Origin: the human T2T-CHM13v2.0 reference genome, Homo sapiens
Direction: 5' to 3' (one strand)
Assembly: GCF_009914755.1 (NCBI RefSeq)
Contig: NC_060935.1
Length of the DNA stretch: 64,000 nt
This document shows, one piece after another, positions 37,321-55,794 of the stretch (the first letter of the stretch is position 1; each line of letters opens with the position of its first letter). The notes under the pieces were generated by a model. The model had not been told where the DNA came from, searched no databases, and was given only the letters and a program-made list of their open reading frames with translations. The position numbers were made by a program, and so were the translations under genes.

Positions 37321-37416
37321 CTGACTTTTCCAGTCATCACCTGCTTCAGTTATGGCTGATGTAGCCAACTGAATAACCAGTTCAGGCAAACCAATGACAT
37401 CTAGTAGTCGTAAAAC
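37321..37416 (-). CDS. NUP160: NUP160 exon 24
   Basis: 96 nt, phase 0-0; VLRLLDVIGLPELVIQLATSAITEAGDDWKSQ. Confidence 0.96.
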
Positions 37417-38033
37417 CTAACGAGAAATAGAAGAAATTTCCATTAAAATTAATATTGTAATGTACTTCAAACTCAATTATGGTTTAAAATTATTGAGAAA
37501 GGTTAAGTAGGCCGGCATGGTGGCTCACACCTCCAATCCCAGTACTCTGGGAGGCTGAAGCAGCAGGATTGCTCAAGGCCAGCCTGGGCAATATGGCAAG
37601 ACCCCCATCTCTACAAAAAAATTTTTTAAAAAATTAGCTGCGTGTGGTGGCATGCGCCTGTAGTTGTAGCGACTTGGGAGGCTGAGGTGGAAAGACTGCT
37701 TGAACCCAGGAGTTCAAGGTTGCAGTGAACTTTAATCCTGCCACTGCATTTCAGCCTGGGTGGTATAGCACGACCCTGTCTCTATCCTCAGTGCCTAGTA
37801 TACAGTAGTCTCTCCGTAAATACTTGTTGAGGCTGGGTCTGGTGGCTCACACCTGTCATTCTGACCAACACGGCGAGACCCCATCTCTATTATTAAAAAA
37901 AAAAAAAAAAAGCAAGCTTGTTGAATGAAAGAATAAATACGATTTCACTACTAACTGTTCAAGTCACAGATGAATGTAAAGAATAGTAAATAAACACCAT
38001 AGTTTTATAAAAACCCTAAAGATAATTTACTAA

Positions 38034-38351
<318 letters not shown>

Positions 38352-38789
38352 TGATTGTCCACCCTGTCAACGTCTGCCCGCTACCCTAACCATGCACATT
38401 TCCCTATCTCATATACGTGCAATTCTCTAATACATATGTATGATACATCCAAAATACGCATTTATAAAGGATGAAGATAAAATAAAAAGTTTTAAAATTA
38501 TTTTTATTAATTTTTTGAGACAGGGTCCTGCTCTGTTGCCCAGGCTGGAGTGCGGTGGCATGATCATAGCTCAGTGTAGCCTTGACCTCCTGGGCTCAAG
38601 TGAACATCCCATCTCAGCCACCTGAGCAGCTGGGACCACAGGCATGCACCACCATGCCCAGGTAATTTTTTAATTTTTTGTAGAGATGGGGTCTTCCTAT
38701 GTTGTCTGGGCTAATCTCAAACTCCTAGGCTCCAGTGATCCTCCTGCCTTAGCCTCTCAAAGTGTTGGGATTACAGGCGTGAGCCACTG

Positions 38790-39255
<466 letters not shown>

Positions 39256-40764
39256 TTTTTTAATTTTGAGACAGGGTCTCATTCTGTCACCCAGGCTGTA
39301 CTGGAATTCAAAAGAATTGTCATTAGTAGGAAAGTAGAGGGTTTTTTTCTTTTTTTTTTTTGAGGTGGAGTCTTGTTTTGTCATCCAGGCTGGAGTGCAG
39401 TGGCACGATCTCAGCTCACTGCAACCTCCGCCGCCTCCTGGGTTCAAGTGATTCTCCTGTCTCAGGCTCCTAAGTAGCTGGGATTACAGGCGCACACCAC
39501 CACGCCCGGCTAATTTTTGTACTTTTAGTAGAGATGGGTTTCACCATGTTGGTCAGGCTGGTCTCGAACTACTGACCTCGTGATCCGCCCACCTCAGCCT
39601 CCCAAAGTGCTGGGATTACAGGTGTGAGCCATCGCGTCCGGCCAAGGGTTATTAAGAGCTACAAATCTACTTCAGTGTAAATTCATTTATCTAATAAGCA
39701 ATTAACAAAACAGTGAAGACTGCTTCTGTGGCATTTACTTTCTGGTGGGAAATCCAGATAAATTCTAGTCTAAAATATAAAATCAAGTATGGTGAAATGT
39801 TATACAATCTGGAAGTGTGCACAACAGGATGAATAAAAAAGCTTTTCTGCACAGGCCAGGCAGAGGGCACTATCTGAGGAGGTGACAGATAAGCAGAGAC
39901 CTGAATGGAATGAGGGTGTGAGGAAGGGCATTTCAGGCTGACAGAACAGCAGGCAGAAAGGCCCTAAGAGAATAGAGCATGCGCTTGACTTGAATGAGAC
40001 AGTAAGAAGGTCACCATTGTTACAATGGAGTGACCAGAGGAAAGAGGGGCAGGAAACAGGTCAAGAGGACCCTCAAGTCCAAATTATAAACTAAGGCTAA
40101 ATACAGCATTACTAGTCAATTCCCAGAAATATCAGCAAGACTAGTAAAGTGCAAATTAAATAATAAAATTCTAATGGCAACTGGGCTAATAAAATACCAT
40201 GACGAAAATTTCATTTCAGTTAAAAGTATTTATTACATTTCACCATTTAACCCTAATTATAGATCCTGGGAAAAAATTTTAACTTAAAATATGTTTCTTT
40301 AATTTCTTTTTGTTTTTTTTTGGAGACGGAGTCTCGCTCTGTCACCCAGGCTAGAGTGCAGTGGCACGATCTTGGCTCACTACAACCTCCACCTCAAAGT
40401 TCAAGTGATTCTCCTGCCTCAGCCTCCCAAGTAGGTGGGATTACAGGCACCCGCCACCACGCCAGGCTAATTTTTGTATTTTTAGTAGAGGCAGGGTTTT
40501 GGCATGTTGGCCAGGCTGGTCTCAAACTCCTGACCTCAGGTGATCTGCCTGCTTTGGCCTCCCAAAGTGCTGGGATTACAGTCATGAGCCACCGTGCCCG
40601 GCCATGTTTCTTTAATTTCTCTAGGCAAATTCATTTTTTTTAAATTTGGAAGTTCAGGGAGCAACTGAATTTTTATAGTATTTTTCTCCAAAAATAGCAA
40701 AGCAATGTATTTCAGATGTGTTTTTACACAGGGTGGTATAAGGCCAAACCAAGACATGATGTAC

Positions 40765-40884
40765 CTTGTCATAATACTGCAGCCTGGGGGTAGACACGAT
40801 CTCCCCATCCTCTGAGCGAATCAAGCGATCCAAGAATTCCTCTTTGCCTACTTCAGATGCTGCCTGACAAAAACATTCCAGAGC
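40765..40884 (-). CDS. NUP160: NUP160 exon 23
   Basis: 120 nt, phase 0-0; ALECFCQAASEVGKEEFLDRLIRSEDGEIVSTPRLQYYDK. Confidence 0.96.
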
Positions 40885-41123
40885 CTGGAGAAATAAAATA
40901 TAAAATGACTTGTAACAGATCATTCAAATTCTAGGTGCTATGAATCAGGGGTTCACATGTAAGGGAAAGCCAAAAAAGAAACAAGATTACTTAACATGGT
41001 CTACTCTATGTATAGTTTCTGACACATATGAATTCTATGTGATGCATTCATATTTTTAAAAATGTATCTCACACTTAAGTGCTACCAATTAAAAAGTAAA
41101 CATTGGCCGGGTGGGGTGGCTCA

Positions 41124-41579
<456 letters not shown>

Positions 41580-42096
41580 TTAAACTACATAATGAGAAAA
41601 AAGCAGCATAAAACAATAAAAAAAATGTAATTAATAAGTAAATTTGGGCTGTGTGCAGTGGCTCATGCCTGTAGTCCCAACACTTTGGGAGGCTGAGGTG
41701 GGCAGATCACTTGAGCCCAGGAGTTCGTGACCAGCCTGGGCAACATGGGAAAACCCCATCTCTACAAAAAATTAAAAAATTAGCCAGGAATGGTGGCTCA
41801 CGCCTGTAGCCTCCAAGTACCTCAGCTACTTGAGAGGCTGAGGTAGGAGAATCACTTGAGCCCAGGAGGTTGAGGCAGCAGTGAGCTGTTGATTACACCA
41901 CTGCACTCCAGTCTGGGTGACAGAGCAAGACCCTGTCTAAAAGAAATAATAAAATAAGTAAATAAGTTTGATTTATAAAAATGTATCCTGGCCAAACGCG
42001 GTGGCTTATGCCTGTAATCCCAGCACTGGGGGAGGCCAAGGTGGGAGGATCGCTTGAGTCCAGCCTGTGCAACATAGTGAGACCCTGATTTTACAA

Positions 42097-42135
<39 letters not shown>
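42097..42135 (+). repeat. (AAT)13 microsatellite (FLAM/Alu tail)
   Basis: Directly visible. Confidence 0.95.
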
Positions 42136-42139
<4 letters not shown>

Positions 42140-42394
42140 GGAATCTCTAAAAACACACAGGGGCAGGAGAGTTCTAATATTTTCTTATGTTCCTGAGTCC
42201 TATCTAAATTGCAGAATACAAGAAAGTAGTCCTTACATGTATATAATGCCTTTGACTGGCATTAGTACAGTCTTCTTTAACTTTATGTAGAGGATTCTAT
42301 GTCTCCCATCCCCTAAAACCTAGTCAAATGGAAGCTAAGCAACTTCCTTGCGTTAAAGTTTATAAAGTTTATTTGCCATTCAAATGTAGTTTAC

Positions 42395-42493
42395 CTTCTG
42401 TCCTTCTCCTGTAACTAGGTAACACCTTCCCAGCATAAATCGACAGGAACCAACATTGACTTGACACCAGGGATGTAGCAGTTGAATATAATC
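42395..42493 (-). CDS. NUP160: NUP160 exon 22
   Basis: 99 nt, phase 0-0; DYIQLLHPWCQVNVGSCRFMLGRCYLVTGEGQK. Confidence 0.96.
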
Positions 42494-42845
42494 CTTAAAG
42501 GCATAAAAGGTGCTTTCTGATTAGAAAATAAATGTTACTTAAGGAGATACTCATTCCCAAGTTATTCGTCACAGAGGATGAAAAGACAGTGTTTGAACAA
42601 ATGTTTTATTTCCTGACATAATTCTGATATTAAAACCTACCCCTGTTGCCTTCCTTCTTCATCCATTCCCCCTTTCCTTACACAAACAGGAGTCCAGTAA
42701 CACACATACACATACTTTACATCTCAGCAATTTTCCAGTTTTTGGTATTTATTGGTTCAATGACTAGATTCCAGTAAAGGATTTATATGAAAACAATAGT
42801 ACATTTGAATTACTATGAAGAAAACCTAGCAGAGACAAATTCTTA

Positions 42846-43233
<388 letters not shown>

Positions 43234-43247
43234 TTATTACTTTCTTT

Positions 43248-43359
43248 AAAAGCCTTTAGAACCAGGTATTCTCTCAGCCAAGTACTAACCATGCCCAACC
43301 CTATTTAGCTTCGTAGATCAGACAAAATCAAGCAAGTTCAGGATGGTATAGAAATAGAG
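43248..43359 (-). pseudogene. 5S rRNA pseudogene
   Basis: Minus strand ...ATACCATCCTGAAC...GTCTGATCTACGAAGCTAAATAGGGTTGGGCATGGTTAGTACTTGGCTGAGAG[10-nt deletion]AATACCTGGTTCTAAAGGCTTTT aligns to 5S rRNA. Possibly the annotated RNA5SP340 (recalled, unverified). Confidence 0.92.
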
Positions 43360-43505
43360 AACAATCTCTTTGGGGTGTGTCTTCACATAATCAAGTTTAA
43401 ATTATTGTGGTTCTTTAAAATGCAGTTAACATTTACAAAGAAAAAAATTCAGCAATCCCATGCTTTACAAGAATGTGTAGACATGAAATGTTCAAAGGAA
43501 CTCAC

Positions 43506-43575
43506 CTGCAATTGTACATATTGGCAATTTCCCATCAAACATTCTAGAAAGAGACAACCAGGATTGCTAGGCCAT
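43506..43575 (-). CDS. NUP160: NUP160 exon 21
   Basis: 70 nt, phase 2-0; WPSNPGCLFLECLMGNCQYVQLQ. Preceded by a U12 branch site. Confidence 0.95.
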
Positions 43576-45112
<1,537 letters not shown>

Positions 45113-45272
45113 AAAAGCTGCAATAAATAACTGGTAATTGCAGTAATCATTTCAGGCCAATTCAATCCAGTTTGGCTCAGAGGTGCCTTTGGCTGAGAGA
45201 AGAGGTGAGATATAATGTGTTTTCTTGCAACTTCTTGGAAGAATAACTCCACAATAGTCTGAGGACTAGATA
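45113..45272 (-). CDS. NUP160: NUP160 exon 20
   Basis: 160 nt, phase 1-2; [52 protein letters not shown]. Confidence 0.95.
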
Positions 45273-45747
45273 CTTAAAAAGAAAAAGTTATGACAGTTTT
45301 GTGTAGTGGTAATTATCAATTTTCAATTAAAATAGTCTATCAATTCATTTTATGCTTGTAACAAACAATTTAGCACTTCAAAACAGAAAATGTATCACGG
45401 GTATATATCCAGTGGCAATATAAATAAAAGTAGTCTGTAAATTGTGAGGCACTATAAAAATGCAATAAAAACACCATTCACATCAAAGTTATAGTCATTT
45501 CTTTTCACTGATCTCACAAGACTTAAGTGCCTTCCCTAGAAATTCTTCATGATAAATACAATTAGCCCCAGGATTTCAACTTTTATACCAGAACAATACA
45601 AAATAAATTCTCCAGAATAATGGTTTTCAAACATGAGGGATACTTTTAAATATCTGTTGACTAAGATTACAAAAGTTACCATGAACGAATAAATTTTTAA
45701 ATGATTTTGTTAATCACTGGAGCATCAAAACAGAATGGGAAAGCAGC

Positions 45748-45750
<3 letters not shown>

Positions 45751-45800
<50 letters not shown>
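45751..45800 (+). repeat. (AC)20(AT)5 microsatellite, i.e. (UG)20 in NUP160 pre-mRNA
   Basis: Directly visible. Confidence 0.95.
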
Positions 45801-45801
<1 letters not shown>

Positions 45802-46009
45802 CCATATCCTTAACATATGCCTGATCTGGTACTACAGTTTCACAGACCCCATGCCACAAACGGAGATCTCAGGCCACAGCTTACTCATGCCTTCTGAAAG
45901 CAAAGAGCCTAGCCAACCTTTCTATGGCAAAGGTGGCAAAAGACCACTTTAATGAATATGCAATAAATCCCCAGTTTAAAATGAAATGTGTACATAGTCC
46001 ACTCCTTAC

Positions 46010-46080
46010 CAAACCTATTTGCCATTAAAGCACCAGAGTCTGTTAATTCCAGTACTGATAAGTGTTGGAGATTAGACTCC
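46010..46080 (-). CDS. NUP160: NUP160 exon 19
   Basis: 71 nt, phase 2-1; ESNLQHLSVLELTDSGALMANRF. Confidence 0.95.
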
Positions 46081-46301
46081 CTGTGAGAAAAGGGGAAAAG
46101 ACAGCTTAGTAAATTCTCCTATGCTAAACATTACTTCTACAAGCTCTTCTACGAAGAACACTGTCAATTTAATTAATAAATTGCACATAAAAGCTCCACT
46201 GAAAGCACAAAAAAAATTGGAAATCATTATAATATAGATTGTTGCCCATAATATCACTTCGTGACCCTTCAATGAGGAGCCAGAGCAAACAGGATGGCTT
46301 A

Positions 46302-46743
<442 letters not shown>

Positions 46744-47003
46744 TTATATGTACACACAAACGTGTAGTACATAAGTATAATACATAATTTATTTGTACAC
46801 ATACATACAGTCTATGATTACATGTGACTTATTTTCATTCTTATAAGTTGCCTTCAACCTGTAACAAATAAAGGCACCAAAAAGCTCTCTGAATCTTAAT
46901 GGCATATAATTTTACGGCATCCTGTTAAAAATCTTTTTCCCGGCTGGCGTGGTGGCCCACGCCTGTAATCCCAGCACTTTGGGAGGCCAAGGCAGGCAAA
47001 TCA

Positions 47004-47267
<264 letters not shown>

Positions 47268-47335
47268 TTAAGACAAGGGGAAAAATAATTAAACTCACAA
47301 TTTACATTTTAAATAATTGGGATAATGAAACTCAC

Positions 47336-47469
47336 AGTGTGTCAAGTGGAACATCAGTTGCCAAGCACTCACTTCCCCATTTAATGAGGTAATAAGATAA
47401 GAGTAGGGGAGCTGTTCGATGTAGTAGGTCTTGCTGAGCTTGAAAGAGCTGACCAGTTCCCCAAATCAC
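47336..47469 (-). CDS. NUP160: NUP160 exon 18
   Basis: 134 nt, phase 0-2; VIWGTGQLFQAQQDLLHRTAPLLLSYYLIKWGSECLATDVPLDT. Confidence 0.96.
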
Positions 47470-47730
47470 CTATACATTATGGGTAGGTGGACCAGACAAG
47501 AAATTATAGCAATTAGTAATGGTAACTCTTACGGCTCAGGTGGAGGTAAAATAAAATAACAAATACAAAGGTCACAATACTGTAAAAGCAACACGTTTTA
47601 CATTTTACGGTAGCAAGTGGCAAAATATCTTCCCAAACATTAACAGTCAAAAAATAATCAAAAACAGCTCACCAAGTAACGGAAGCTCATGATGAAAAGA
47701 AACCAACAATAAAAAGCTTAACTTTCATTA

Positions 47731-48240
<510 letters not shown>

Positions 48241-48391
48241 CTAAATTCTCTCATATACTGCTGGTGCTGGGTAAAAAAACAGGTATGACCATTATTATAA
48301 GCAAATTTGGCAGTACTACCAAAAGCCTTAAAATGTGCATTACCTGTAGACCAAATTCTAGTTTTTAGAACTTATTCTAGAGATATAATTA

Positions 48392-48673
<282 letters not shown>

Positions 48674-49165
48674 TCAAAAAAAAAAAAAAAAAAAAAAAAA
48701 AGATGTGCGGAAAATTATGGACGTAAAGGAAAAACTGGCAACAAAAAGAAAAATGTTGAGATTTATAAAGTGGAAGAACAGAACAACCAGATTACAAAAA
48801 ATACTATGTAGTTTATTTAAATTTCACAAACAAACCAAAAAGAATGTGCATGGAAAAAAACGTATATAGCAAAATTTAAGTAGTAATCACTGGGTAGAAA
48901 ATTATAAATTTTTTAAATTTTTGCTTATATATATTTTGTAAAGGTTCTACAATGAATATCTTATTACTTCTGTGTTCAGAAAAATTGACAAAAGTTATAA
49001 TTTAAAAAACAAAAAACCTGAAAAAAATGGAAGAATCTACATAGATCAAAAAGAACTTAGTAAAGGCTAACCAACCTAACAGACTTTCAGGAAAGGTTCA
49101 TTTTTCAACTTGGTGATCTTAAACAAATTATCTTCCCAATTTTTTTTTTCTTTTTTTTGAGATAG

Positions 49166-49360
<195 letters not shown>

Positions 49361-50609
49361 TAGGCTCAAGCAACCAGGCCACCTTGGCCTCCCAAAGTGC
49401 TGGGACTATAGGTATGAGCCACCACATCTGGCCTTTTTCTTACTCTTGCTTGAAATTCTACCATTAGCGATGTATCTGGGTTTATAATTTCTTTTTTTTT
49501 TTTTTTGGAGACAGAATCTCGCTCTGTCACACACGCTGGAGTGCAGTGGTGCAATCTTGCCTCACTGCAAACTCTGCCTCCTGGGTTCAAGTAATTCTCA
49601 TGCCTTAGCCTCCTGAATGGCTGGGATTACAGGAGTGTGCCACCAGACCCTGCTAACTTTTTTGTTTTAATAGACATGGAGTTTGGCCATGTTGGCCAGG
49701 CTGGTCTCGAACTCCTGGCCTCAAGTGATCTGCCCACCTCAGCCTCGCAAAGTGCTGGGATTACAGGTGTGAGCCACTGTGCCCAGCCTGAGTTAATACA
49801 TTCTGACTTAAAATGTATAAGTACATTTATACATTTTAAGTCAGAATTAAAATGGGAGCCCCAAAGGACTTTTGGCTATTTACACATTAATATGAATTGG
49901 TTTAATTAGATTCCTTCTTTGACAGGCTCAAATGAGATTACTGACTTAGAAAAAAATGGGACGTCTGACTGTGGGGAGAAAAATAATTTCTTAGCATGGG
50001 ACATTCAGTAGGGTGGGTGATTAGGACTATATATTAGCAACAAGAGTCTGGTGGTCTAAGAAGAACAGAATGAAAAAGAAAGCACAGAATAGAGTTAGGA
50101 GGACCACAAAGATAAACCTGCATCTCAAAACTGTGTTTAGGGTAAGCCTTGCACTGTAGAGAGTTCTTAGGTTGGGCAAGGTGGCTCATGCCTGTAATCC
50201 CAGCACTTTGGGAGGCCGAGGTAGGTGGATCACCTGATGTCAGGAGTTTAAGATCAGCCTGGTCAACATGGTGAAACCCTGTCTCTACTAAAAATACAAA
50301 AATTAGCCGGACACGGTGGCACGCACCTGTAATCCCAGCTACTCAGGAGGCTGAGGCAGGAGAATTGCTTGAGCTGAGATAAGGCCACCACACTCCAGCC
50401 TGGGCAACAGAGCAAGATTGTCTCAAGAAAAAAAAAAAAAGAGAGAGAGACAGGAAAAAAAAAGAGTTTTCTTTTTCTTCCTCCATACTAAAGGGTATGC
50501 TTACCACATTCATAGTTACTAATAATACTACATTTTGGGAGAGCCAACTTGGGAAAATTTTCCACTACTACACATACAAAGGTTAAGAGTAAAGCAATCT
50601 GCTTCATGT

Positions 50610-50790
50610 ATGTTTTTTTAAATCTACTGTTAAGTTCCAGGGTACATGGGCAGGATGTGCAGGTTTGTTACGTAGGTAAACGTGTGCCATGATGGTTTGC
50701 TGCACAGATCAACCCATCACCTAAGTATTAGGCCCAGGATCCATTAGCTATTCTTTCTGATGTTCTCCCTCCCCACCGTCCCCTCCATTT
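50610..50790 (-). mobile_element. Short L1PA/PB 3'-end fragment
   Basis: aagttccagggtacatgggcaggatgtgcaggtttgttacgtaggtaaacgtgtgccatgatggtttgctgcacagatcaacccatcacct. Confidence 0.8.
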
Positions 50791-51006
50791 ATGCTCTTAA
50801 TCTATACTCTCACAAGGATTACAATGCTTATTCATTCTTAATTCAAAAATATTTATAGAGCATCTCATAAGGCCAAGCTTGGGAGAATAAAGCAGTGAAC
50901 CAAGACAAAAGTATCTGTGCTAGTAGGGCTGACATTTTGCTCCTAAGTGCTTGTAGGCCTATAACAGGTTTTAGATTTTACAAGTTTTCCCTCAAGCAGT
51001 ACTTAC

Positions 51007-51167
51007 AGCATCTCCAAGCCTCATTAACAGCTGCTGTAAGATCAAAAGATCTCTGCAGATCAGGAAACGAGTACTGGCGATTTTATGCACCCCTCTGCAC
51101 ACAATATACCCTGCTGTGTTACTACCATAGAGCTGGGTAAGATTCATTCGAATATTCAAAGGCTGAG
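51007..51167 (-). CDS. NUP160: NUP160 exon 17
   Basis: 161 nt, phase 1-0; QPLNIRMNLTQLYGSNTAGYIVCRGVHKIASTRFLICRDLLILQQLLMRLGDA. Confidence 0.96.
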
Positions 51168-51244
51168 CTGTAAAAAGAAGAAAAATGGAGTTGAATGCAT
51201 CATTGTTTTAATCAAAGAGGCACATTTGTTGTTCTGTCATTTAC

Positions 51245-51372
51245 CTGGATTGAATCCCTTTTCCATTTCCACTTCTGTTTCATAATCCATTTCCCGTATA
51301 AGTAGTCCAATTGCATGGATTGGGTTCCTAATCTCTTGCAGTTTACTACAAATATCCTCCATCACATTTTCT
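51245..51372 (-). CDS. NUP160: NUP160 exon 16
   Basis: 128 nt, phase 2-1; ENVMEDICSKLQEIRNPIHAIGLLIREMDYETEVEMEKGFNP. Followed by a 77-nt intron. Confidence 0.96.
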
Positions 51373-51824
51373 CTATAAGGACAATTACAAAACTCTTATT
51401 ACTACCGAGAATACGTAAGGCAAGTTCTATATGTCCTATAAGCTAAATACATTATGAAACAAGAGAACCAGATAAAGGAATGAAGATAATCACTCTGGCA
51501 TATAAGATACAGTCCCTATGCATAGCAAATTTCCTCTCAGTTTTTCATAAACAACACACAAAACAAACATGAGAAGAACACTTTTGCTTTTTAGAATTTT
51601 TAGCTCGGTTAATTGTTAAAGCATATTTTATAAGTCTATTTCTAGACTTGAAGTCGTGTTAAATTTTCTGTTAAAAGTAGAAATATGTACTTAGAATCAT
51701 GGCGCATCAGTTTGACTTTAAGCTACTATTCTGTACGCTCTGGAACATACATTAAAATTCCAACTTTGGCGCTAAAAATGCTGAATTTCCATTAGGAAAT
51801 GCACTTTACCCTAATTCTCCTTAC

Positions 51825-51990
51825 ACATCAATAGTGATCATATCTTCCAGAATCTGCTCTGCAGCCTTTTCCGGAGACTGTAGGTTATAACAACTCATTT
51901 CCATTATAACTGACATATCCACAGTTACTGACTCTTCAATCAGCCGGAGGCATTTTATAAGACATATGACATCCCGAGCGATATCCACAT
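51825..51990 (-). CDS. NUP160: NUP160 exon 15
   Basis: 166 nt, phase 1-2; VDIARDVICLIKCLRLIEESVTVDMSVIMEMSCYNLQSPEKAAEQILEDMITID. Confidence 0.96.
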
Positions 51991-52258
51991 CTACAAATAA
52001 GAGAAAGTTAACATTTATGTCTTAAGCCAATGACAATCTATTGATTGATATTACATTAAAATGTTAATAATTAAATGACAAGAAATCTATCTGAGGTCTC
52101 AGAGATGCTTTGGTCTCTTAAGTGTTCATTAAAATATTTGTGGTGTGGTAAAGTGACCAAGACAGGTGTGGCAATCGATATTTTTTGTATCCATGTGAAA
52201 CGAAGCATAGGGTTTATATAGGAAGGGGATTAAATATGGACATAACAATTACTATTAC

Positions 52259-52358
52259 CATCAGATATGGTTGTCTCATCTTCTGTCAAAAGGTTCTCAT
52301 AAGGCAGGAGATACAAATGATCCACTAAGGATGAGGGAATAAGGAAAGACAGGTACCC
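52259..52358 (-). CDS. NUP160: NUP160 exon 14
   Basis: 100 nt, phase 0-1; GYLSFLIPSSLVDHLYLLPYENLLTEDETTISD. Confidence 0.96.
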
Positions 52359-52468
52359 CTGGAAATACAAATTTTCCAGTTACATTTTTGTCAGTAAAAT
52401 TTTAAAGGTATAAAATAATTGAGATGTGCATCTTATCATGAGGCAAACCCAAGTTGCAATACACTCTA

Positions 52469-52645
<177 letters not shown>

Positions 52646-52826
52646 TTAATTCTAGCTGCTAGGGAGGCTGGGGTGGGAGGATCACCTGAGCCTGGGAGGT
52701 TGAAGCTGCAGTGAGCCTTAAGAGTGCCACTGGGCCGGGCGCAGTGGCTCACGCCTGTAATCCCAGCACTTTGGGAGGCTGAAGTGGGTGGATCACGAGG
52801 TCAGGGGATCGAGACCATCCTGGCTA

Positions 52827-53895
<1,069 letters not shown>

Positions 53896-54072
53896 AGGCC
53901 GGGTGTGGTGGCCCACGCCTGTAATCCCAACACTTTGGGAGGCTGAGGCGGGTGAATCACCTAAGGACAGGAGTTCAAGACCCACCTGACCAATATGATG
54001 AAACCCCACCTCTACTAAAAATACAAAAATTAGCCGGGTGTGATGGTGTACACCTGTAGTCCCAGGTACTCA

Positions 54073-54255
<183 letters not shown>

Positions 54256-54426
54256 TCACAATTTTAGGGGAAAAAATACAAATGCAAAGTCCTAAATGCT
54301 AACCGCAACATTCACCAGACTAACATTCGGCAAGAGCCACTGAACTTTTTGTTTTCTGAAGGCATTTTGTTATAACAGCCACTGAACTGTCTCAAGAAGG
54401 TCTTCTCTATGCTTTAGCTCACTTAC

Positions 54427-54597
54427 TTTTTTCAGCAGGCACACCATGTTTGTGTGTGGATTCAAATGTAGGGCAAGAGGGTGAGAGAGGGCTTCTTGAT
54501 ACTGAAGACAACAGGCATAGAACTTGCACCAGAATTCTTGTTGTAAATTTCGAAACTCCTCCTGGGAGAATTCATACTCTGTTACACTTCCTTGAAG
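54427..54597 (-). CDS. NUP160: NUP160 exon 13
   Basis: 171 nt, phase 0-0; LQGSVTEYEFSQEEFRNLQQEFWCKFYACCLQYQEALSHPLALHLNPHTNMVCLLKK. Confidence 0.96.
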
Positions 54598-54893
54598 CTG
54601 GCAAAGAAGAAATGAAAGAAATTAAACTTTTGATGCCATTCAGGATCTTTGTCCACAAAAAACATAATTGTCCAATATCATTATACTAAGCTACAGCCAA
54701 ATGAATATTCCTTACGTATTAAAGGCCATAGACTATGCAAATGTGTATCTGATTCTCTAGTTAAAAGGTTTAAACATTTATATGTTCCAACAAACAAGGT
54801 CAAGTGAAGAATTCCAGTAATTCCTCGGTCAGTACCAATCTGCCCTATATCAAGATGGAAGGAATTCTTATTCTTTCTCTACCCAAGCCTCAC

Positions 54894-54977
54894 CTCATTT
54901 TCAACAGCTAAAGTAACTTCTTTCTTCAGTTCACTCCAGGAAAGATCCAAATTCCTCTCAGTTCCTCGGCAGAAAAT
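54894..54977 (-). CDS. NUP160: NUP160 exon 12
   Basis: 84 nt, phase 0-0; IFCRGTERNLDLSWSELKKEVTLAVENE. Confidence 0.96.
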
Positions 54978-55386
54978 CTAACATTAAAAGACATTTTAGA
55001 CTTCTATATAATAGCCAAAACTGAATGGAAAACATTTCAGTTTAGAAGACATAGAGGCAATATAAAACTATATAATAGAGATTTGGCATACCTGGAACAC
55101 ACATCACCCAAGAGAAAGTTAAGAAACTGGGTGTATTTAGTCTGGAGAAAGGTGACCTGGAAAGATTCTTAAAATACTTGAAGGGTTGATTTATAGAAGA
55201 GAGGCTTCCTTTTCAATGACACAGTTTGGGAATAATAACTCCCACAAGAGGTAGTGACAAAGTGGTCAGTGGAGGTAGAGACAATTAAAGGCTGAATAAC
55301 TATCACAAAAGCCTCAGAAGGCATTTCTGTTTTATGTGGGAGGTCAGTCTAAAATATTCTAATATAATTTTCAATTATATGAGTTA

Positions 55387-55794
<408 letters not shown>

